A stretch of DNA of 25,052 nucleotides, taken from contig JAZDPL010000023.1 of the NCBI GenBank assembly GCA_043797665.1, forward strand, positions 1 through 25,052, read 5' to 3'. Shown here one piece after another: positions 17,580 through 25,052 of this stretch (positions are counted from its first letter, which is position 1; every line of letters starts with the position of its first letter). The position numbers were made by a program, and so were the translations under genes. Under the pieces are notes generated by a model. It was given only the letters and a program-made list of their open reading frames with translations, was not told the origin of the DNA and did not search any database. The DNA is from Candidatus Omnitrophota bacterium (GTDB lineage: Bacteria > Ratteibacteria > UBA8468 > MWAK01).

Positions 17580-18932
17580 ATGAGATATAAAGAGACCGAA
17601 ACCGTAGAGTTGAAAAAATCAACTTCTGAGTTGAAGGAAGCGATTATTTCCATTTGCGCTATTCTCAATAAACATCAAAAAGGCAATCTCTATTTTGGCA
17701 TAAAAAATGATGGTGCGGTTGTCGGACAGCAGGTTACTGATGCAACCCTACGGCATGTTTCGCAGGCGGTTGCTCAGCATATCGAACCGAAAGTTTACCC
17801 TTCGGTTACGATGGAGACCATTAAAGGAAAACCATGCGTAGCGGTGGAGTTTAAAGGCGAAGAGATTCCCTATTTTGCGTATGGCCGGGCGTATATGCGT
17901 GTAGCCGACGAAGATCGCCGATTATCCGCCAAAGAACTGGAGAATCTGATCGCCAGAAAAAATCATTATCGTTCTCGGTGGGAATCTGAACCTGCCGATA
18001 CGTCTATTTCTGCGGTGAGCGTACAGGCAATACGGCGATTTGTCAAACGTGCCAATGATGCCGGTAGAATGAATTACCGTTATGATAATGTCCGGAATAT
18101 TCTCAAAAAACTCGAAGTGATTAAAAACGGTGTTCTTTTAAATGCGGGCAAAGTATTATTCTGTTCTGAAAATAGCGTAGAAGTTCAGGCGGCTGTTTTT
18201 GCGGGGAATGATAAGCTTACGTTTCTTGATATCCAGAGTTTTCGCGGTAATCTATTTGATCTGATTAAAAAAGGTGAATTATACATCAAAGAACATATAA
18301 ATTGGCGTGCCGACCTTTCCGGTAGCAACCGTAAGGAAATCCCCGAAATCCCGGTTCGCGCCATCCAGGAAGCCGTAGTCAATTCTTTATGTCACAGAGA
18401 TTTTACCAATCCAAAAAGCAACGAAGTGGCGGTTTTTAAGAACCGGATAGAAATTTACAACCCCGGCCGCTTTCCCGAAGATTACTCACCTGAAGATTTC
18501 ATAAAAGGTAAAGAGCACAGTATTCTGCGAAACCCGCTTATTGCGAATGCACTGTATCTTACCAGCGATATTGAGCGTTGGGGCTCCGGTTTGAGACGAA
18601 TCAATGACGAATGTAAAGCCGCGGGAGTGAAAGTAGAATTCAACAGGATTAAAAGCGGGTTTGTGGTAATCTTTTACCGTCCGGAGATTAAGGTAAAGCA
18701 GAAGATGGTCAGAAAGAATGGGCAGGCGACTGTGGAGAAAACTGTGGAGAAAACTGTGGAGAAAATTTTAGCCCTGCTCGTGACCAATCCCCGGATTACC
18801 CAGAAGAAACTTATGGATAAAACCGGTTTAACTCGCCGGGGTGTTGAGTGGAATTTGAAGAAACTTAAAGCGGAAGGTCTAATCCGTCGCACCGGGCCTG
18901 ATAAAGGCGGACATTGGGAAGTTTTGAAGTAA
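17580..18932 (+). CDS. AlbA_2 (Schlafen-like) + HATPase_c_4 + winged-HTH protein (RecG-C-like putative transcriptional regulator)
   Basis: ETETVELKKS, AILNKHQKGNLYFGIKNDG, EAVVNSLCHRDF, RIEIYNPG, LRNPLIA, IERWGSG, and a C-terminal wHTH ending GPDKGGHWEV. Confidence 0.9.
   Translation: MRYKETETVELKKSTSELKEAIISICAILNKHQKGNLYFGIKNDGAVVGQQVTDATLRHVSQAVAQHIEPKVYPSVTMETIKGKPCVAVEFKGEEIPYFAYGRAYMRVADEDRRLSAKELENLIARKNHYRSRWESEPADTSISAVSVQAIRRFVKRANDAGRMNYRYDNVRNILKKLEVIKNGVLLNAGKVLFCSENSVEVQAAVFAGNDKLTFLDIQSFRGNLFDLIKKGELYIKEHINWRADLSGSNRKEIPEIPVRAIQEAVVNSLCHRDFTNPKSNEVAVFKNRIEIYNPGRFPEDYSPEDFIKGKEHSILRNPLIANALYLTSDIERWGSGLRRINDECKAAGVKVEFNRIKSGFVVIFYRPEIKVKQKMVRKNGQATVEKTVEKTVEKILALLVTNPRITQKKLMDKTGLTRRGVEWNLKKLKAEGLIRRTGPDKGGHWEVLK
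18729..18764 (+). repeat. In-frame tandem repeat (ACTGTGGAGAAA)x3 encoding TVEK x3
   Basis: Three exact 12-bp units in the linker before the wHTH. Confidence 0.95.
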
Positions 18933-18954
18933 TTTCCATCCCAATCCGGCGAAT

Positions 18955-19428
18955 ATGTGCGAACGAAAATATAGATTGGTTTACGTCATCTCAAGGCATG
19001 TAAACCTGAAGAAATTAGCCAATCCCCGCTATCCTGCCAACCCCAAGACCTTCGGCCAGAAGTTAAGAAAATGGAGAATGGATAACAATTTAACGATTAA
19101 AACTATAGCAAAAACGATTGGTGCTGATGAAATGAGTATAATCAACTGGGAAATAAGAAACGTAACCCCGGTGTATAAATTTGCACGAAAAATTAAGGAA
19201 TTAACCGGAATTTCACCCGATTCCGGCTTCCGGGACCAGCGCAAGTCAAAGCCAGCACCGGGCAGCCCGGGTGAACAGATGAGAAAGAAAAGGCAGGAAC
19301 TTGGTTTAAGCCAGGTAGAAATGGCAGAAAAACTCGGTGTTTCTGTGGATTATATTGCGGATTTGGAAACTGGGAGGTACCGAGGGAAACACAAGGTCCG
19401 GATAAATAGTATTCTGCTTTCATTTTAA
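18955..19428 (+). CDS. Double XRE/Cro-type HTH regulator, paralogue with its own ATG
   Basis: YPANPKTFGQKLRKWRMD...GADEMSIINWE and GLSQVEMAEKLGVSVDYIADLETG. Clearly homologous to 17127-17567. Confidence 0.88.
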   Translation: MCERKYRLVYVISRHVNLKKLANPRYPANPKTFGQKLRKWRMDNNLTIKTIAKTIGADEMSIINWEIRNVTPVYKFARKIKELTGISPDSGFRDQRKSKPAPGSPGEQMRKKRQELGLSQVEMAEKLGVSVDYIADLETGRYRGKHKVRINSILLSF

Positions 19429-19625
19429 CTTGTTAAGTTTTCCAGGTTTTGCTGCTTCTCTGTGAGCTTTTGCTTATTCCTGTATGCATTGAGAATACTT
19501 TCGGCAAATAGTTCATAGCTTCTTTGCCTTACCCTTTCATTGGGAAAAGGTACATACTCAATAATAGCCTTCCACTTATCTCTCTTGCCTCGTTTGTAAT
19601 TATTGTTAACTTCCATTTTTCCCAT
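19425..19625 (-). CDS. Small hypothetical protein (66 aa)
   Basis: Strong SD GAGGAGGTT before ATG 19625 (MGKMEV...IIEYVPFPNE...). Its stop overlaps the convergent HTH stop. Confidence 0.6.
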   Translation of the reverse strand: MGKMEVNNNYKRGKRDKWKAIIEYVPFPNERVRQRSYELFAESILNAYRNKQKLTEKQQNLENLTS

Positions 19626-19754
19626 ATGCCTAACCTCCTCTTTTTCTATCGTCTTTCGGTTGAGAAGCGCTGCTAAACTGTGATACAACGGGTAACAAAT
19701 TAAACTGGCATCTTCAAACAAACCAAGGCTGGAAGGATAAATCGGGGCAGTAAG

Positions 19755-21189
19755 ATGAATAACGATGATATTTTTGGGTTAATTGAACGAGGAGAATCAA
19801 CGCTGGTTGAATTCAAAGAGACCTTTGATAAAGAGACCATAGAGACAGTCGGAGCCTTTGCTAATACAAAAGGCGGTTCTGTCTTAATAGGCGTCTCTGA
19901 TAAAGGTAAAATCAAAGGAATCACCGTAGGCAGGACTACGTTGAGAGACTGGTCAAATCAGATTTCACAAAGCACAGAACCTCGCCTAATCCCTGAAATT
20001 GAAGATTTGAAAATTGAAGAAATTGTCGTAATCCAGATCAAAGAATACCCTATTAAGCCTATTTCAATAAAGGGTAAATGCTATAGACGCGTGGGAAATA
20101 CCAACCGCCTGATGACGCCGCATGAGATCGCCCAGATGCATTTTCATTCTATAGGAACAAGCTGGGACGCGTTTCCCACGGAAGATAAAACTCTTGAGGA
20201 TATTGACTTGAAAAAGATTGAGAAATATATAAGAGAAGCCAATGCCACCGGAAGAAGAAAAATAGAGGAAAGCCCTTTAGAAGTTCTTGAAAAGTTGGGA
20301 TTAGTTAAAGACGGAAAAGCCACTTGGGCTGCTGTCCTGACATTCGGTAAAGAACCACAAAAACCTCTGTTGCAATCTGCTGCGCACTGCGGAAGATTCA
20401 GGATGGATAAGACCCAGATAATAGATGACCTGATGGTTGAGACCGATTTGATCAACCAGGTTGATGAAGTAACGAAGTTTGTCACAAGGCACATCAGCGT
20501 AAGATATGAATTTGAAGGAAAGCCCAAAAGGAAGGAGATATGGGAATATCCCTTGGAAGCCTTGAGAGAGGCAGTTATAAACGCGATAGTCCATAGAGAT
20601 TATACCGTCCCTTCAAACGTTCAGATTGAGATTTACGATGACAGAATAGAAATATGGAATCCGGGAAGGGCTGCTGCCGGGGATAACGATTGACGACCTG
20701 TATAAGAAAGAACACAAGTCAGTAATCAGGAATAATCTGATTGCCCAAATGTTCTATGATATTGGATATATTGAAAAATACGGAAGCGGCACCATCAAAA
20801 TAATAGACCTCTGTAAGCGACAGGGAATTCCTTACCCGGAATTCAAGGAGGTTTTTGGCGGTTTTTCAGTTATTTTCAGAAAAGACGTTTACACAGAAGA
20901 ATATCTCCGCACCCTCGGCTTGAATGAACGCCAGATTAAAGCAGGGATGTATGTAAAGGAGAGAGGGAAAATAACGAATAAGGAATACCAGGAGATTTGC
21001 AATACCTCAGAAAGAACAGCCACACGTGACCTGTCAAACTTAGTTTCAAGTGGTCTGCTTGAGCAGGTTGGCATTACCGGTAAGGGAACAGGATATGTTT
21101 TAAGACGCCACAAAGACGCCAAAGGGCTTAAGAACCGGCTTGTAAAGGAGGACCATCAGAAAGATTCAAAACAAGCCTTTCCCTCCTGA
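19755..21189 (+). pseudogene. Second AlbA_2/HATPase_c_4/wHTH gene, split by a single-base frameshift
   Basis: ORFs 19755-20693 and 20749-21189 join if one G is removed at 20668-20670, giving NPGRLLPGITIDDLYKKEHKSVIRNNLIAQMFYDIGYIEKYGSG. Could be a sequencing error. Confidence 0.85.
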
Positions 21190-21434
21190 AATCTAAACTT
21201 AAACGAAGTTTTTAAACCCGTTACTTCAAGAGAACCGATGGTCACCCAATTTTACAGAAAAAACTTAAGTCCTAAAAAGAATTTAGTAAAAATTCTAATT
21301 TATACTTGACTAATAGAAAATTTAAGTGAGACTTTTTATTGGACAGCGGTGAATTAATTCGTTTCAAACGACGGTGTCTCTTCCGAACCAAATATACGCG
21401 TGTATATCTTTTCCGGTAGGCGTATGCTGCTGCT

Positions 21435-22236
21435 TTAAACTCCCAAAAGATAAAGTGGCAAACTTTCACCCAAGTGGACAGTCTGTTTAGAACCATCTTT
21501 CTCTCGAGTTACTTTCCATCGTGGTTTAATAAAAACAGGGCCACCGCTATTTCCACCAAAAAGTGAACTATCGACTAAATATATTTTCCCTTTAATAACT
21601 CCATCTTTTAATGTTATGCTCAAATCTTCCGATGAAGAACTTGATAATAAACCTGGTTTTACAAGTGGTAAATAATTGGTTTCTGAAAAAATACCAGCAG
21701 TATATCCTAATATAAATAAATCTTCCCCGGCATCTATACATTCTCTCTGTGCTATTTCTCTTGTGAGAACTACGTCGTCCTCAAGATGAGTGAAATTAAT
21801 TTTATCTGAAAGTTGATTTATAAACCCGCTTATTAAGATACCCACAATGTCAACGCTCTCTTCCGGGTGCATCAATACAATCTCAGTAAAGGTGTTATTA
21901 TTTTGTAAAATGGGTATCTTAATCCATTCAATCTTCTGCTCACTTTCTTTTGGATCTCTCTTATAGAATCTAACATCAATATATTGTACTATAATCCCCT
22001 TCACCATCCTTTCGTAGGACGTGTTTATTTGTTATAAGAAAAGTACCTTGTTTTTCTCCTTCCACTTTCTTGGATATTAAAAAACCCGTTCCAACATTTC
22101 CGTATTCATTTTTAATATAAACCGTGGATTTTAATATCACTTTTTGTAATGGGATATCTGCCATAGTCATCCCCCCAGTTATCGAAATATATATTATCAC
22201 AATGAGAGTAACTACTTTTTTATTTATGTTTTTCAT
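21435..22236 (-). pseudogene. Trypsin-like serine protease, frameshifted
   Basis: The N-part (GTGFLI, FLITNKHVL, catalytic His; hydrophobic leader from ATG 22236) and the C-part (VDIV, FILGY, FGGNSGGPVF, catalytic Ser) are in different frames, switching near 21980-22010. Very AT-rich. Confidence 0.8.
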
Positions 22237-22387
22237 TGCAGGTGTCCAATAAAAATTTCTCCTAATCAAAATCGCATCCTATTAGCGAAAGATAGCCGAA
22301 TTTCTGTCGGCTTGCCCAAACCCAATCACATTAAAAATACCACTTTTTCTTATGGTGGGCAAATGATGGTGCTGGGCTGCGAAAAAA

Positions 22388-22497
22388 CTACAACCAGACT
22401 TTACGGTCAAGCGCACGGTACTGGAGGGCTTCGGAGATGTGCTCCACTTCTATCTGCTCGGAGTTGTCCAAATCCGCGATGGTGCGGGAGACCTTGC
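22388..22497 (-). pseudogene. comM: comM 3' tail (110 bp)
   Basis: Reads [38 protein letters not shown], matching the C-terminus of 23826-24308. Confidence 0.93.
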
Positions 22498-22506
22498 TGG
22501 GGAGGG

Positions 22507-22707
22507 TTATACAGTTTCGTATTGAAATACCTTCAACTGTTCCGAATTGGTCCTGGTACTTAGGTTCAGCATTTCAATGCCCACCACCTCGTCGTTGGCA
22601 TTGAAATCCAAAACTACTCCAGGTTTTACTTCCTCCGAATCGACAATAGCGGACTCATCTAACCGGAGATAGAGAGCGTCAGTTTCCTTGTCAACTTTTA
22701 ACTTCAT
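22507..22707 (-). CDS. DUF2283 family protein (putative antitoxin)
   Basis: [11 protein letters not shown]...[25 protein letters not shown]. Overlaps the upstream DUF4258 gene. Confidence 0.88.
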   Translation of the reverse strand: MKLKVDKETDALYLRLDESAIVDSEEVKPGVVLDFNANDEVVGIEMLNLSTRTNSEQLKVFQYETV

Positions 22708-22948
22708 TTCTCATCCCTTCCTTTCGGTCAAAAAATAGTGTAACTACCTTTGGTGGTATCGTATCTGGGTTTACTACTACATGAAGGATTCGGTTTCCGT
22801 GTTCAGGTATACCCTTAAAATAATGGATATTGTTGTCGGACCTGCGCTCCTTCCTGTCGGAATTCCTGATTGTTTGCCATACCCATTCTTCGCGAATATC
22901 CCGTTCCTTCAGAACGCATTTGGCATGTTCAGACAGGATAAACTCCAC
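22691..22948 (-). CDS. DUF4258 family protein (putative RNase toxin)
   Basis: FILSEHA...LKERDI...RILHVVVN...KVVTLFFDR. Paired with DUF2283. Confidence 0.85.
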   Translation of the reverse strand: MEFILSEHAKCVLKERDIREEWVWQTIRNSDRKERRSDNNIHYFKGIPEHGNRILHVVVNPDTIPPKVVTLFFDRKEGMRNEVKS

Positions 22949-22954
22949 TCATTT

Positions 22955-22984
22955 ATTATATACCAAGGAGTAGGATTTTAGCAA
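22955..22984 (-). promoter_or_regulatory. Sigma70 promoter for DUF4258-DUF2283, probably leaderless
   Basis: TTGCTA(22984-22979)-18 nt-TATAAT(22960-22955)-6 nt-GTG(22948). Confidence 0.7.
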
Positions 22985-22999
22985 GAAAAGAGGAGAACG

Positions 23000-23083
23000 T
23001 TACAACCACACCTTGCGGTCGAGGGCACGGTACTGGATGGCTTCGGAGATGTGCTCCACCTCTATTTTCTCGGAACTGTCCAG
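23000..23083 (-). pseudogene. comM: comM 3' tail (84 bp)
   Basis: Reads [30 protein letters not shown]. Confidence 0.93.
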
Positions 23084-23085
23084 AA

Positions 23086-23514
23086 TTATTTTACCGGAAG
23101 GGAGTGCTTTTCTATTGCGGAAATGAATTCAGACCACACGTTCGGAATATTGTTCGCCAAACCTCTGACCTGGGTCTCTTTCAGCATAAATCCGTAAGCG
23201 TGAAGAAAAAAATGCCTAAAGGCAAGGTACTCGTATAATTCCTCAGCCAACTTGTTTGGAATAATTCCATCAGAAACCGCAAGGTTTAATAAATCCTTGT
23301 GCCAGGTTTCTGATTTGGGAATCTTGCATCCTTCTGCTTTTAGGACCTGTTTTAAGATGTTTTCAATTCCGTTATAGATATTATGAAGAAACGTCGCCAT
23401 GGCCGCCAATTCCACCGCCGATCTTTTCGTCCTCCGCAGGGCATCTTTGAGATTGCTCAAAGATATTTCTACATTCTCTTTTTCGGCGGCGATCTGCTTT
23501 GATAATTCAACCAT
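23086..23514 (-). CDS. HEPN-domain (HepT-like) ribonuclease toxin
   Basis: LHNIYNGIENIL, WHKDLL, and RX4HXY motif RHFFLHAY. Coupled to the upstream MNT. Confidence 0.9.
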   Translation of the reverse strand: MVELSKQIAAEKENVEISLSNLKDALRRTKRSAVELAAMATFLHNIYNGIENILKQVLKAEGCKIPKSETWHKDLLNLAVSDGIIPNKLAEELYEYLAFRHFFLHAYGFMLKETQVRGLANNIPNVWSEFISAIEKHSLPVK

Positions 23515-23773
23515 AAATCTTTATACCTTCTTCTTCAACAAGTTTGTTAAACAAGGTTTTTTTAGAAAGGTCAACAAGGTCAACCGGCTTTGGTAGATGC
23601 CTTATCAAATCCGCGTAGAGTTTAAAAAACAATTCGGGCCTAATCCCTTTTACCCCCAGGTCTATGTCATTGACCGTTTTTCTCTCGGTTGACGAACCGA
23701 ATAGCAAAACAGAAGAAACATGATATTTCTTGGCACATCTCAAAATTATGTCCCGTTCATTATTCGTTATCAT
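23507..23773 (-). CDS. Minimal nucleotidyltransferase (MNT) antitoxin
   Basis: LLFGSS...NDIDLGV...PVDLVDL; 88 aa; overlaps the HEPN start. Confidence 0.9.
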   Translation of the reverse strand: MITNNERDIILRCAKKYHVSSVLLFGSSTERKTVNDIDLGVKGIRPELFFKLYADLIRHLPKPVDLVDLSKKTLFNKLVEEEGIKIYG

Positions 23774-23780
23774 GTAGAGT

Positions 23781-23809
23781 ATTTTACTTTTATTTCAATT
23801 TGATGTCAA
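23781..23809 (-). promoter_or_regulatory. Sigma70 promoter for MNT-HEPN, probably leaderless
   Basis: TTGACA(23809-23804)-17 nt-TAAAAT(23786-23781)-7 nt-ATG(23773). No SD. Confidence 0.8.
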
Positions 23810-23825
23810 AATTACAAGTTGGCTT

Positions 23826-24308
23826 TTACAGCCAGACCTTGCGGTCAAGGGCACGGTACTGGAGGGCTTCGGAGATATGCTCCACCTCTATCTTCTCTGA
23901 GTTATCCAAATCCGCGATGGTGCGGGACACCTTGCGGAGTTTGTCGTAGGAGCGGGCGCTTAGCCCAAACCTCTCCATGGCCTGCTTCAGGAGGTCTGCG
24001 GCATCAGGGGTGAGTACGCAGTGCTCTTTTATCTGGCGGCTGGAAAGGAGGGCGTTGGTCACGAATTTCTGGCCGTGGTAGCGCTCGGCCTGAACTTTTC
24101 TGGCTTTACAGATTCGTTCCCGGATTGTGGCGGAACTTTCACTCTCTGGCCGGTTGTCGGTCAGAAGGGCAAACGGTACCGGCGGTACCTCAATATGCAG
24201 GTCAATCCGGTCTAAAAGAGGACCGGAGAGTTTACCCCGGTACTTGGCAATCTGGGTGGCTAAACACCGGCAGGCCTTCCTGGGATGGCCCAGGTTCCCG
24301 CAGGGGCA
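23826..24308 (-). pseudogene. comM: comM/YifB 3' part (CPCG to the natural stop), 5' part displaced
   Basis: CPCGNLGHPRKACRC...LSGPLLDRIDL...[45 protein letters not shown]. Sequence upstream of CPCG is not comM (QG instead of the family AMNP). Confidence 0.93.
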
Positions 24309-24316
24309 ACCCTGCG
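24299..24316. mobile_element. Putative hybrid attachment site, copy 2
   Basis: CGCAGGG-GCAA-CCCTGCG inverted repeat at the comM breakpoint. Confidence 0.6.
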
Positions 24317-24448
24317 AAACAGAAAGGCAACAAGATTCTGCTCTATAATATCTCACGGAAATTCAGTTTAGCACACCTTAAGACTCAAAACAAGCCTCAC
24401 TATCCTGCTAAACCTAAAACATTTGGGCAAAGGTTGAGAAAATGGAGG

Positions 24449-24889
24449 ATGGATAGGAATATGGTGGCAAAGGAACTGGCAAGACTTATCGGTGCAGATG
24501 AAATAACGGTTTTGAACTGGGAAGTAAGAAATATGACCCCGGTATACAAATTTGCCAGAAAGATACGGGAAATAACCGGACTTGAAGTAACCTCTGGTTT
24601 CAGGGACCAGCGCAAGTTTAAACCAGAACAGGGTAGCCCAGGTGAAAAATTGAGACAGAAAAGGCTGAAACTCGGGTTTAGCCAAAAAGAGATGGCTAAA
24701 AAGTTGGGTATTTCGGTAGATTATATTGCAGATTTGGAAACAGGAAGGACAAAGGGGTCAACCTCTGGATGTTTCTACCGGAATATAGTAAAATTGAGAG
24801 CGCAGGAAACTCTCACCACTGGTGAGAGAAATTGGTTGGTCTCACAATATTATTTTGATGAATTAAAACCGAGATCAAGAAGAATCTGA
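24449..24889 (+). CDS. Double XRE/Cro-type HTH regulator (5' end probably truncated at the att junction)
   Basis: Close paralogue of 17127-17567. The frame is open back to the junction at ~24308. Confidence 0.85.
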   Translation: MDRNMVAKELARLIGADEITVLNWEVRNMTPVYKFARKIREITGLEVTSGFRDQRKFKPEQGSPGEKLRQKRLKLGFSQKEMAKKLGISVDYIADLETGRTKGSTSGCFYRNIVKLRAQETLTTGERNWLVSQYYFDELKPRSRRI

Positions 24890-24901
24890 AGGGGTTAGGA
24901 T

Positions 24902-25052
24902 ATGAGATATAAAGAGACCGAAACCGTAGAGTTGAAGAAATCAACTTCTGAGTTGAAGGAAGCGATTATTTCCATTTGTGCTATTCTCAATAAACATCAA
25001 AAAGGCAACCTCTATTTTGGCATAAAGAATGATGGTGCGGTTGTCGGACAGC
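24902..25052 (+). CDS. AlbA_2-domain protein, 5' part (truncated by the window end)
   Basis: MRYKETETVELKKSTSELKEAIISICAILNKHQKGNLYFGIKNDGAVVGQ, the same protein sequence as the gene starting at 17580. Confidence 0.9.
   Translation, partial: MRYKETETVELKKSTSELKEAIISICAILNKHQKGNLYFGIKNDGAVVGQ

Larger units (their letters stand above)
16571..17730 (+). repeat. Copy 1 of a diverged direct repeat (comM fragment, double HTH, start of AlbA_2 gene)
   Basis: Aligns with ~23896-25052 at offset 7322 (7325 left of a 3-bp indel). For example, ATG 17580 corresponds to ATG 24902. Confidence 0.95.
23896..25052 (+). repeat. Copy 2 of the diverged direct repeat (runs off the window)
   Basis: Homologous to 16571-17730. 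Confidence 0.95.

Noticed and set aside
18940..18962. CCCAATCCGGCGAATATGTGCGA resembles comM TCCAAATCCGCGATGGTGCGG, a possible fifth remnant
   Set aside because: Short, needs several gaps, and could be chance.
22294..22312. Hairpin AGCCGA-N7-TCGGCT as a terminator after the 110-bp comM tail
   Set aside because: Only a 6-bp stem with a weak U-tract. Not enough to call.
22312..22563. Plus-strand ORFs 22312-22563 and 23819-24013 sharing GHGTGGLRR
   Set aside because: The similarity is just the antisense reading of repeated comM tails.
22388..23900. CRISPR array or attC-type integron
   Set aside because: The repeats are protein-coding comM ends of unequal length, separated by whole genes. No cas or intI gene, and no attC-like palindromes seen.
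24125..24308. Extended N-terminus of the 254-aa ORF
   Set aside because: This part is antisense comM sequence. Only the portion right of the junction is plausible.

Overview
The window has two parts. Bases ~245-16557 are a GC-rich carbohydrate-utilisation locus, mostly on the minus strand. It encodes an AKR-like TIM-barrel protein, a GH4 glycosidase, two large secreted clan-A-type glycoside hydrolases, a prepilin/DUF1559 protein, a GH13/GH36-like protein, a LacI regulator, an MDR dehydrogenase and a divergent ADP-ribosylglycohydrolase. Two near-identical promoter/operator units appear to control it. The pilin-like gene suggests a PVC-superphylum-type host (inference). Bases ~16561-25052 are a lower-GC accessory region built on pieces of comM (YifB Mg-chelatase family). 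There are four different comM 3' segments. Two start at the CPCG motif in an att-like inverted repeat, and two are short 84 and 110 bp tails. Between them lie toxin-antitoxin cassettes with their own promoters (MNT-HEPN, DUF4258-DUF2283), a decayed trypsin-like protease, three double-XRE HTH genes and three AlbA_2/Schlafen-HATPase-wHTH genes. No integrase is visible in the window. The main candidate for a new system is this comM-tail-delimited cassette array. Related observations are a 6.5 kb segment bounded by 13-bp direct repeats that would rejoin a comM allele if circularised, and a regulator gene whose reading frame runs through the putative att site.
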